A DNA stretch of 63,729 nucleotides, counting the filler, from Chiloscyllium plagiosum (taxonomy: Eukaryota): the NCBI RefSeq assembly GCF_004010195.1. It is 5 parts of one record of this genome, joined end to end, with 100 filler letters (N's around TTAATTAATTAA, not from the genome) between each part and the next. Parts side by side here need not be neighbours in the genome. Positions count along the whole stretch, not along the records: positions 47,276 to 62,372 come from NC_057717.1; 4 more parts are not named here. The stretch is one strand, 5' to 3'. How positions within the stretch are numbered: the first letter of the stretch is position 1; every line of letters begins with the position of its first letter. Below are positions 47,543 to 59,200 of this stretch, one piece after another. Position numbers and translations under genes: made by a program. The notes under the pieces are model-generated. The model ran no database searches, had not been told where the DNA came from, and saw only the letters and a list, made by a program, of their open reading frames with translations.

Positions 47543-49520
47543 ACGTACCTCCCACTGTACAGTAACCGTCACGGTCCGACATTACATCCCACTTCACTGT
47601 AACCATCCCGACCCGACATACATCCCACTGTACAGTAACCATCACGGGCCGACATACCTCCCAATGTACAGAAACCATCACGGCCCAACATACCTCCCAA
47701 TGTACAGTAACCATCACGGCTCGACAGACCTCCCACTGTACAGAAACCATCACGGCCCAACATACCTCCCAGTGTGCAGTCATCTTCGCAGCCCGACATA
47801 CCTCCAACTGTACAGATAACATCACGGCCCGACATACCTCCCAAAGTACAGTTACCATCACGGCCTAACATACCTCCCACTGTACAGTAACCATTACGGC
47901 CTGACATACGTCCCACCGTACAGTTACCATCACGGCCCAACATACCCCCAGTGTACAGTAACCATAATAGCCCGACATACATCCCACTGTACAGTAACCA
48001 TTATGGCAGGACATACCTCCCACTGTACAGTAGCCGTCACGGCCCAACATACATCCCAATGTACAGTTACCGTCGCGGCCCGGCATATGTCCCACTGTAC
48101 AGTCACCGTCTCGGCCTGACATACCTTCCACTGTACAGTAACCATTACGGTTCGACATCACCTCCCACTGCACAGTAACCACCTCAGCACGACATACCTC
48201 CCACTGTACAGTAACCATCACGGCCCAACATATTTCCCACTGTACAGTAAAGGCACAGCCCGACATACCTCCCACTGTACAGTAACCATAACGGCGCGAC
48301 ATATCTCCCACTACACAGCAACGATCACAGTCCGACATACCTCCCACTGTACAGAAACCATCACAGTCTGACATATCTCCCACTGTACAGTAACCATCAC
48401 GTTCCAACATACATCCTAATGTACAGGAACCATCACAGCCCAACATACTTCCCACTGTACAGAAAACGTCACAGTCCGACATACCTCCCACTGTACAGTA
48501 ACCGTCACAGTCCGACATACCTCCGTCTCTACAGTAACCTTCACGGTCCGACATAACTCCCATTGTACAGAAACCATCATGGTCTGACATATCTCTCACA
48601 GTTCAGTAAGCATCACAGTCCGACATACCTCCCTCTGTACAGTAACCTTTACGGTTCGAAATTACCTCCTACTGTACAGAAACCACAACAGCACGACAAG
48701 CTTCCCACTGTACAGTAACCATCACGGCCCAACATACCTCCCACTGTACAGTAACTGCCATGGCCCGACATACCTCCCACTGTACAGTAGCCATTACGGC
48801 CCGACACAGCTCCCATTGTACAGTTACCGTCACAGCCCAACATACATCCCACTGTACAGTAACTGCCATGGCCCGACATACCTCCCACTGTACAGTAACT
48901 GCCATGGCCCGACACAGCTCCCATTGTACAGTTACCGTCACAGCCCGACATACCTCCCACTGTACAGTAGCCTTCACGGCCCAACATGAATCTCACTGTA
49001 CAGTCACTGTCGCGGCCCGACTTACCTCCCACTGTATAGTCACCGTCTCGGCCTGACATACCTAGCACTGTACAGTAACCATTACGGTTCGACATTACCT
49101 CCCACTGTACAGTAACCACCACAGCATGACATACTTCCAACTGTACAGTATCCGTCACGGCACGATATTCCTCCCAGTGTACAGTAACGATTACGGCCCG
49201 ACATACATCCCATTGTACAGTTCCCTTCACGGCTCAACATACCTCCTGCTGCACAGTAACCATTACGGCCTGACATAACTCCCACTGTGCAGTTACCATC
49301 ACGGCCTGACATACCCCACACTGTATAGTAACCGTCACCGCCCGACATACCTCCCAATGTACAGTAACCATAACGGCCCGACATACGTCCCAGCGTACAG
49401 TAGACATCACAGCCTGACATACCTCCTACTATACAGTAACCATCACGTTCCGGCATAACTCCCAATGTACAGTAACCGTCACGGCCCGACATACGTCCCA
49501 CAGTACAGTAACCATCACGA
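47543..49520. repeat. Diverged 36-bp minisatellite (~55 copies) with a palindromic ACTGTACAGT core
   Basis: Consensus GACATACCTCCCACTGTACAGTAACCATCACGGCCC; overlapping ORFs show 12-aa periodicity. Confidence 0.95.
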
Positions 49521-49603
49521 TCCACGCTTAAAGACACGGCGAACCCTGTCACTGGCCTGCTAACCACACAAGCGCTTCACATGGTCAGTGCGAGGATGAA
49601 AGG

Positions 49604-49636
49604 CTGATGAAGGGCTTTTGCCCGAAACGTCGATTT
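49604..49636 (+). ncRNA. Minimal hammerhead core in a Penelope-derived terminus
   Basis: CUGAUGA-A-GGGC(UUUU)GCCC-GAAAC-GUC; helix I pairing is poor in this copy. Confidence 0.55.
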
Positions 49637-50212
49637 CGCTGCTCGTTGGATGCTGCGACAACTGCTGTGCTCTTCCATCACCACTGATCCAGAATCTGGT
49701 TTCCAGCATCTGNNNNNNNNNNNNNNNNNNNNNNNNNNNNNNNNNNNNNNNNNNNNNNNNNNNNNNNNNNNNNNNNNNNNNNNNNNNNNNNNNNNNNNNN
49801 NNNNNNNNNNNNNNNNNNNNNNNNNNNNNNNNNNNNNNNNNNNNNNNNNNNNNNNNNNNNNNNNNNNNNNNNNNNNNNNNNNNNNNNNNNNNNNNNNNNN
49901 NNNNNNNNNNNNNNNNNNNNNNNNNNNNNNNNNNNNNNNNNNNNNNNNNNNNNNNNNNNNNNNNNNNNNNNNNNNNNNNNNNNNNNNNNNNNNNNNNNNN
50001 NNNNNNNNNNNNNNNNNNNNNNNNNNNNNNNNNNNNNNNNNNNNNNNNNNNNNNNNNNNNNNNNNNNNNNNNNNNNNNNNNNNNNNNNNNNNNNNNNNNN
50101 NNNNNNNNNNNNNNNNNNNNNNNNNNNNNNNNNNNNNNNNNNNNNNNNNNNNNNNNNNNNNNNNNNNNNNNNNNNNNNNNNNNNNNNNNNNNNNNNNNNN
50201 NNNNNNNNNNNN

Positions 50213-53200
50213 GGTGATGGAGTCAGTGTGGGATTGTCAGTGTGATGGGTATGGAGTGAGTGTGAGGGGGTCAGGGTGACGGTGATGGAGTGAGTGTGTG
50301 GGAGTCAGGGTGACGGTGATGCAGTGAGTGTGGGAATGTCACTGTGATGGTGATGGACTGAGTATCAGAGGGTCATGGTGACAGTGATGGAAAGTGTGTG
50401 TGGGAGTCAGGGTGACAGTGATGAAGTGAGCGTGACGGCTCAGGGTGACGGTGATTTAGTGAGTGTGTGGGAATCAGGGTGACAGTGATGGAGTGAGTTG
50501 ATGGGGTCTGGGTGACGGTGATAGAGTGAGTGTAGGATGTCAGTGTGATGGTGATTAAGTGAGTGTGAGGGGTCAGGGTGACGGTGATTGAGTGAGTGTG
50601 TGGGACTCAGGGATACAGTGATAGAGTGAGTTGAGGGGGTCAGGATGGCGGTAATGGAGTGAGTGTGGGATTTCCGTGTGATGGTGATGGAGTGAGTCCG
50701 AGGGGGTCAGGGTGACGGTGATGGAAATAGTGTTTCGGAGTCAGTGTGACAGTGATGGAGTGACTGTGAGGGGGTCAGAGTGACGGTGCTTAAGTGATTG
50801 TGTGGGAAACAGGGACACACTGATGGAGTGAGTTGAGGGGGTCAGGGTGACGGTGATGGAATGAGTGTGGGATTGTCAGTGTGATGGTGATGGAGTGAGT
50901 GTGAGGGGGCCAAGGTGACGGTGATTGAGTGTGGGATTGTCACTGTGATGATGATGGAGTGAGTGTGAGGGGGTCTGGGTGACGGTGATGGAAAGAGAGT
51001 GTAGGAGGCATGGTGACCCTGATGGAATGAGTGTGTGTGAGTCAGGGTGTCGATGATAGAGTGAGTGTGTGGGATTGTCAGTGTGACGGTGATGGTTTGA
51101 GTGTGAGGGAGTCAGGGTGACGGTGATGGAGTGAGTGTGAGGGGATCAGTGTGAAGTTGATGGAGTGAGTGTGAGGGGGTCAGGGCGACGTAGATTGAGT
51201 GAGTGTGTGGGAGTCAAGGTGTCAGTGATGGAGTGAGTTGAGAGGGTCAGGGTAACGGTGGTGGAGTGAGTGTGGGATTGTCAGTGTGATGGCGATTGAG
51301 TGAGTTTGGGATTGTCAATGTGATGGTGATGGTTTGAGTGTGAGTGGGTTAGGGTGAAGGTGATTGAGTGAGTGTTGGATTGTCGCTGTGATGGTGATGG
51401 AGTGTGTGTGAGGGTGTCAGAGTGACGGTGATTGAGTGAGTGTGTGGGAGTCATGGTGACAGTGATGGACTGAGTTGAGGGGGTCAGGGTGACGGTGATG
51501 GAGTGAGTGTGGGATTGTCAGTGTGTGACGGTGATGGTTTGAGTGTGAGGGGGTCAGGGTGACGGTGATGCAGCGAGTGTGCGATTGTCAGTGTGATGGT
51601 GCTGCAGTGATCTTGGGATTGTCAGTGTGACGGTGATGGAGTGAGTGTGAGGGGATCGTTGTGAAGTTGATGTAGTGAGTGTGAGGGGGTCAGGGTGACA
51701 GTGATAGAATTAGTGTGAGGGGGTCAGTGTGACCGTGATGAAGTGAGTGTGAGGGAAACAGGATGGGGATCATAGAGTGAGTGTGAGGAGGTCAGGGTGA
51801 CAGTGGTGGAATGAGTGTGAGGGGGTCAGTGTGACGGTGATGGTGTGAGTGTGAGGAGGATAGGGTGCGGATGATGGACTGAGTGTGAGGGGGTCAGTGT
51901 GACGGTGATGGAGTGTATATCAGGCAGTCATGTGACGGTGATGGAGTGAGTGTGAGAAGGTCATGGTGACGGTTATGGAGTGAGTGTGAGTGGGTCAGGG
52001 AGTCTATGATGGAGTTAGTGTGAGTGCGTCAGGGTGACGATAGTGGACTGAATGAGTGGGTCAGGGTGACTTTGTAGGATTGAGAGTGAGGTGATCAGTG
52101 TGACGGTGCTGGAGCGAGTGTGAGAACATCAGTATGACGGTGATGGTGTGAGTGTGATTGAGTCAGAGTGAGGATGATGAGGTGAGTCCGAGGGTGTCAG
52201 ATTGAAGGTCATGGAGAGAGTGTGAGGGGGTCAGTTTGACGGTGGTGGAGTGAGTGTCAGGGAGTCAGGTGGACGGTGATGGAGTGAGAGTGGGATTGTC
52301 AATGTGATGGTGATGGAGTGAGTGTGAGGGGGTCAGGGTGACGGTGATTGAGTGAGTGTGTGCGAGTCATGGTGACAGTGATGGAGTGAGTCTGTGGGGG
52401 TCAGGGTGACGGTGATGGAAATAGTGTTTCGGAGTCAGGGTGACAGTGATGGAGTGACTCTGAGGGGGTCAGAGTGACGGTGATTAAGTGATTGTGTGGG
52501 AAACAGGGACACACTGATGGAGTGAGTTGAGGGGGGCAGGGTGACGGTGATGGAATGAGTGTGGGATTGTCAGTGTGATGGTGATGGAGTGAGTGTGTGG
52601 GGGTCAAGGTGACGGTGATTGAGTGTGGGATTGTCACTGTGATGGTGATGGAGTGAGTGTGAGGGGGTCAGGGTGACGGTGATGGAAAGAGAGTGTAGGA
52701 GGCACGGTGACCCTGATGTAATGAGTGAGTGTGAGTCAGGGTGTCGATGATAGAGTGAGTGTGAGTGGGTCAGGGTGACGGTGATGGAGTGAGTGTGTGG
52801 GATTGTCAGTGTGACGGTGATGTGTTGACGGTGATGGTGTGAGTGTGAGGGGCATAGTGAGACGTAGAAGGCGTGAGTGTGAGGGTCTCAGGGTGACGGT
52901 GATGGAGTCAGTGTGGGATTGTCAGTGTGATGGGTATGGAGTGAGTGTGAGGGGGTCAGGGTGACAGTGATGGAGTGAGTGTGTGGGAGCCAGGGTGACG
53001 GTGATGCAGTGAGTGTGGGAATGTCACTGTGATGGTGAGGAGTGAGTATCAGAGGGTCATGGTGACAGTGATGGAAAGTGTGTGTGGGAGTCAGGGTGAC
53101 AGTGATGGAGTGAGCGTGACGGGTCAGGGTGACGGTGATTTAGTGAGTGTGTGGGAATCAGGGTGACGGTGATGGAGTGAGAGTGAGAGGGTCAGAGTGA

Positions 53201-56200
53201 CGGTGAGGGAGTGAGTGTGAGTGGTTCAGTTTGACGGTGATGGAGTAAGTGTGAGGGGGCTATGTTGAAGTTGATTGAGTGAGTGTGAGTGGGTCAGTTT
53301 GATGGTGATGGAGTGAGTGTGAGGGGGTCCAAGTGATCGAGAGGAAGTGAGTGTGTCGGGGTCAGGGTGAAGGTGATCGAGTGAGAGTGAGGGGGTCAGT
53401 TTGACGGTGATGGAGTAAGTGTGAGGGGCATATGTTGAAGTTGATGGAGTTAGTGTGAGTGGGTCAGTTTAATGGTGATGGAGTGAGTGTGAGGGTGTCA
53501 GTGTGACGTTGACGGAGTGAGTTTAATGTGTCATAGATGGGGTGAGTGTGAGGAGGTCAGAGTGACCGTGAAGGAGTGACGGCGAGGGGGGCAGGGTGAC
53601 GGTGATTGAGGGAGTGTGTCAGATTGATGGTGACAGAGTGAGTTAAATAGGGTCATGTGGATGGAGTGAGTCTGAGGGGATCAGGATGAGGTTGATGGAG
53701 TGAGTGTGACGGGGTCAGTGTGACGGTGATGGAGTGAGTGTGAGGGGTTCACAGTGACGGTGATGGAGTGAGTGTGAAGTTGTCAGGATGACGGTGATGC
53801 AGTGAGTGTGAGCGGTCATGTTGACGGTGATGGTGTGAGTGTGAGGGGCATAGTGAGACGTAGAAGGCGTGAGTGTGAGGGTCTCAGGGTGACGGTGATG
53901 GATTCAGTGTGGGATTGTCAGTGTGATGGGTATGGAGTGAGTGTGAGGGGGTCAGGGTGACGGTTATTAAGTGATTGTTTGGGAAACAGGGTCACATTGA
54001 TGGAGTGAGTTGAGGGGGTCAGGGTGACGGTGATGGAGTGACTGTGGGATTGTCAGTGTGATGGAGATGGAGTGAGTGTGAGGGGGTCAGGGTGACGGTG
54101 ATGGAAAGAGCGTGTAGGAGGCATGGTGACCGTGATGGAATGAGTGTGTGTGAGTCAGGGTGTCGATGATAGAGTGATTGTGAGGGGGTCAGGGTGACGG
54201 TGATGGAGTGAGTGTGTGGGAGTCAGGGTGACGGTGATGGTGAGGGGGTCAGGGTGACGGTGATTAAGTGATTGTGTGGGAAACAGGGTCAAACTGATGG
54301 AGTGAGTTGAGGGGGTCAGGGTGACGGTGATGGTGTGAGTGTGGGATTGTCAGTGTGATGATGCTGGAGTGAGTATGAGGGAGTCATGGTGACAGTGATG
54401 GAAAGAGTGTGTGGGAGTCAGGCTGACAGTGTTCGAGTGAGCGTGAGGGCTCAGAGTGAAGGTGATAGAGTGAGTGTGTGGGNNNNNNNNNNNNNNNNNN
54501 NNNNNNNNNNNNNNNNGATGATGGGGTGAGTGTTAGGGGTTCTGGGTGACGGTAAAGTAGTGAGTGTGAGGGCGTCAGAGTGATAGTGCTGGAGTGAGTG
54601 TGAGGGGGTCAAGATGTCGGTGATGGAGTGAGTGTGAGAGGGTCAGGGTGATGGTGATGGAGTAAGTGTGTGGGAGCCAGGGTGACGGTGATAGAGAGAA
54701 CGTGAGGGAGTCAGTGTTAAAGTGATGGAGTGAGTGTGGAATTGTCACTGTGATGTTGATGGAGTGAGTGTGAGGGGATCATGGTGACGTTGATGGAATG
54801 AGCGTGTGGGAGTCAGGGTGAACGTGATGGAGTGCGTTGCGGGGGGCAGGGTGACGGTGATGCAGCGAGTGTGCGATTGTCAGTGTGATGGTGATCGAGT
54901 GTGTTTGGGATTGTCAGTTTGACGCTGATGGAGTGAGTGTGAGGTAGTCAGGGTGACATTGATGGACTGAGTGCGATGGGATCAGTGTGAAGGTGATGGA
55001 GTGAGTGTGAGGGGGTCAGGGTGACAGTGATGGAATGAGTATGAGGGGTCAGTGTGACAGTGATGGAGTGTGGGATTGTCACTGTCATGGTGATGGAGTG
55101 AGTGTGAGGGCCTCAGGGTGACGGTGTTTGAGTGAGTGAGTGGGAGTCAGGGTTGCAGTGATGGAGTGATTTGAGGGTGTCACGGTGACGGTGATGGAGT
55201 GACTGTGGGATTGTCAGTGTGATGGAGATGCAGTGAGTTTGGGATTGTCAGTGTGACGGTGATGGTGTGAGTGTGACTGAGTCAGAGTGAGGGTGATGGG
55301 GTGAGTCCGAGGGTGTCAGATTGACGGTCATGGAGAGAGTGTGAGGCGGTCAGTTTGTCGGTGATGGAGTGAGTGTCAGGGAGTCAGGTTGAAGGTGATG
55401 GAGTGAATGTGGGATTGTCACTGTGATGGTGATGGAGTGAGTGTGAGGGGGTCAGGGTGACGGTGATTGAGTGAGTGTGAGGGGGTCAGGGTGTCGGTGA
55501 TGGAGTGAGTGTGGGATTTCAGTGTGATGGTGATGGAGTGAGTATGAGGGGGTCAGGGTGACGGTGATGGAAAGAGTGTTTCGGAGTCAGGGTGACAGTG
55601 ATGGAGTGAGTGTGAGGGGGTCAGGGTGACGGTNNNNNNNNNNNNNNNNNNNNNNNNNNNNNNNNNNNNNNNNNNNNNNNNNNNNNNNNNNNNNNNNNNN
55701 NNNNNNNNNNNNNNNNNNNNNNNNNNNNNNNNNNNNNNNNNNNNNNNNNNNNNNNNNNNNNNNNNNNNNNNNNNNNNNNNNNNNNNNNNNNNNNNNNNNN
55801 NNNNNNNNNNNNNNNNNNNNNNNNNNNNNNNNNNNNNNNNNNNNNNNNNNNNNNNNNNNNNNNNNNNNNNNNNNNNNNNNNNNNNNNNNNNNNNNNNNNN
55901 NNNNNNNNNNNNNNNNNNNNNNNNNNNNNNNNNNNNNNNNNNNNNNNNNNNNNNNNNNNNNNNNNNNNNNNNNNNNNNNNNNNNNNNNNNNNNNNNNNNN
56001 NNNNNNNNNNNNNNNNNNNNNNNNNNNNNNNNNNNNNNNNNNNNNNNNNNNNNNNNNNNNNNNNNNNNNNNNNNNNNNNNNNNNNNNNNNNNNNNNNNNN
56101 NNNNNNNNNNNNNNNNNNNNNNNNNNNNNNNNNNNNNNNNNNNNNNNNNNNNNNNNNNNNNNNNNNNGAGTGACTGTGGGATTGTCAGTGTGATGGAGAT

Positions 56201-59200
56201 GCAGTGAATTTGGGATTGTCAGAGTGACGGTGATGCAGTGAGTGTGATGAAATTTGGGTGACGGTGATAGAGTGAGTGAAGGAATGTCAGTGTGATGGTG
56301 ATGGAGTGTGGGTGAGGGGGTCAGGGTGACGGTGATGGAAAGAGAGTGTAGGAGTCATGGTGACCGTGATGGAATGAGTGTGTGTGAGTCAGGGTGTCGA
56401 TGATAGAGTGAGTGTGCGGGTGTCAGGGTGACGGTGATAGAGTGAGTTTGGGATTGACACTGTGATGATGATGGAGTGAGTGTGTGGGGTTCAGGGTGAC
56501 GGTGATTGAGTGAGTGTGTGGGAGTCAGGGTTGCAGTGATGGAGTGAGTTGAGGGTGTCACTGTGACGGTTATAGAGTGACTGTGGGATTGTCAGTGTGA
56601 TGGAGATGCAGTGAATTTGGGATTGTCAGAGTGACGGTGATGCAGTGAGTGTGATGAAATTTGGGTGACGGTGATAGAGTGAGTGAAGGAATGTCAGTGT
56701 GATGGTGATGGAGTGAGTGTGAGGGAGTCAGGGTGACGGTGATGGAGTGAGTGTGAGGGGGTCAGTGCGACGGTGATGGAGTGAATATCATTCAGTCACC
56801 GTGACGGTGATGGAGTGAGTGTGAGGGGCTCCGAGTGATAGTGCTGCAGTGAGTGTGAGGGGGTCAAGATGACGGTGATGGTGTGAGTGTGAGAAGGTCA
56901 TGTTGACGGTTATGGAGTGAGTGTGAGTGGGTCAGGATGTATGTGAGTGCGTCAGGGTGACGATGGTGGAGTGATTTAGTGGGTCAGGGTGTCTTTGTAG
57001 GATTGAGAGTGAGGTGATCAGTGTGACGGTGCTGGAGCGAGTGTGAGAACATCAGTACGACGGTGATGGTGTGAGTGTGGGACTTCAGTGTGATGGTCAT
57101 GGAATGAGTATGAGGGGGTCAGAGTGACGGTGACGGAAAGAGTGCAGAGGAGTCAGGGTGACCGTAATGGAATGAGTGTGTGGGAGTCAGGGTGACGGTG
57201 ATAGAATGGGTGTGAGGGAGTTAGGGTGACGGTGATGGAGTGAGTGTGGTATTGTCAGTATGCTGGTGATGGAGTGAGTGTGAGGGGATCAGGGTGAGGG
57301 TGATGGAGTGAGTGTGAGGGGGTCAGGACAACGGTGATTAAGTGAGTGTGTTGGAATCAGTGTGACAGTGATTGAGTGAGTTGAGGGTGTCTGAGTGACG
57401 GTGATGGAGTGAGTGTGGGATTGTCAGTGTGATGGTGAAGGAGTGAGTGTGAGGGGGTCAGGGTGACTGTGATTGAGTGAGTGTGTGGGAGTCAGGTTGA
57501 CAGTGATGGTTTGAGTTGAGGTGGTCAGGGTGACGTTGATGGAGTGAGTGTGGGATTGTCAGTGTGATGGTGATGTGGTGAGTATGAGGGGGTCAGGGTG
57601 ACGGTGTTGGAAAGAGTGTGTGGGAGTCAGGGAGACAGTGATGGAGTGAGTGTGGGGAATCAGGGTGACAGTGATAGAGTGACTTTAGGGGTCAGCGTGA
57701 CGGTGAGGGAGTGAGTTATGGGATTGTCAGTGTGATGGTGATGGAGTGAGTGTGAGGGGGTCTAGGTGAGGGTGATTGAGTGAGTGTGGGATTGTCGCTG
57801 TGATGGCGATGGAGTGAATGTGAGGAGGTCAGGATGACGGTGATAGAGTGAGTGTGAGGGCGTCAGAGTGATACTGCTGGAGTGAGTGTGAGGGGGTCAA
57901 GATGACGGTGATGGAGTGAGTGTGGGGTTGTCACTGTGATGGTGATGGAGTGAGTGTGAGTGGGTCATGGTGACGGTGATGGAGTGAGCGTGTGGGAGTC
58001 AGGGTGACAGTGATGGAGTGAGTTGAGAGGTTCAGGGTGACGGTGATGGAGTGTGTTTGGGATTGTCAGTTTGACGCTGATGGAGTGAGTGTGAGGGGGT
58101 CAGGGTGACAGTGATGGAATGAGTATGAGGAGTCAGTGTGACAGTGATGGAGTGTGGGATTCTCACTGTGATGGTGCTGGAGTGAGTGTGAGGGCCTCAG
58201 GGTGACGGTGTTTGAGTGAGTGAGTGGGTGTCAGGGTTGCAGTGATGGAGTGAGTTGAGGGGGTCACGGTGACGGTGATGGAGTGACTGTGGGATTGTCA
58301 GTGTGATGGAGATGCAGTGAGTTTGTGATTGGCAGTGTGACGGTGATGGTGTGAGTGTGATTGAGTCAGAGTGAGGGTGATGGGGTGAGTCCGAGGGTGT
58401 CAGATTGACTGTCATGGAGAGAGTGTGAGGGGGTCCGTTTTACGGTGATGGAGTGAGTGTGAGGGTGTCAGGGTAACGGTGATGGAGTGTGGGATTGTCA
58501 CTGTGATGGTGATAGAGTGAGTGTGAGGGGTTCAGCGTGGCGATGATAGAGTGAGTGTGAGGGGGTCAGTTTGACGGTGATGGAGTGAGTGTCAGGGAGT
58601 CAAGTTGAAGGTGATGGAGTGAGTGTGGGATTGTCAGTGTGATGGTGATCAAGTGAGTGTGAGGGGGCCAAGGTGACGGTGATTGAGTGTGGGATTGTCA
58701 CTGTGATGGTGATAGAGTGAGTGTGAGGGGTTCAGCGTGGCGATGATAGAGTGAGTGTGGGGGGGTCAGGGTGACGGTGATGGAGTGAGTGTGTGGGAGA
58801 CAGGGTGACGGTGATGGTGAGGGGGTCAGAGTCACGGTGATTGTATGATTGTGTGGGAAACAGGGTCAAACTGATGGAGTGAGTTGAGGGGGTCAGGTTG
58901 ACGGTGATGGAAAGAGTGTGTGGGAGTCAGGGTGACAGTGATGGAGTGAGCGTGAGGGCTCAGAGTGACGGTTATTGAGTGATTGTGTGGGAATCAGGGT
59001 GACAGTGATGGAGTGAGTTGAGGGTGTCTGGTTGACGGTGATTAAGTGAGTGTGAGATTGTCACTGTGATGGTGATGGAGTGAGTGTGAGGGGGTCAGGG
59101 TGACAGTGATCAAGTGAGTTGTAGGATGACGGTGATGGAGTGAGTGTGGGATTGTCAGTGTGGCGGTGATGGTTTGAGTGTGAGGGTGTCAGGGTGACGG

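Noticed and set aside
47543..49520. CRISPR-like 36-bp palindromic repeats; Cys/Gly-rich repeat ORFs
   Set aside because: Units are head-to-tail with no unique spacers, there are no cas genes, and the context is vertebrate. The ORFs shift frame at 37-bp units and are by-products of the repeat.
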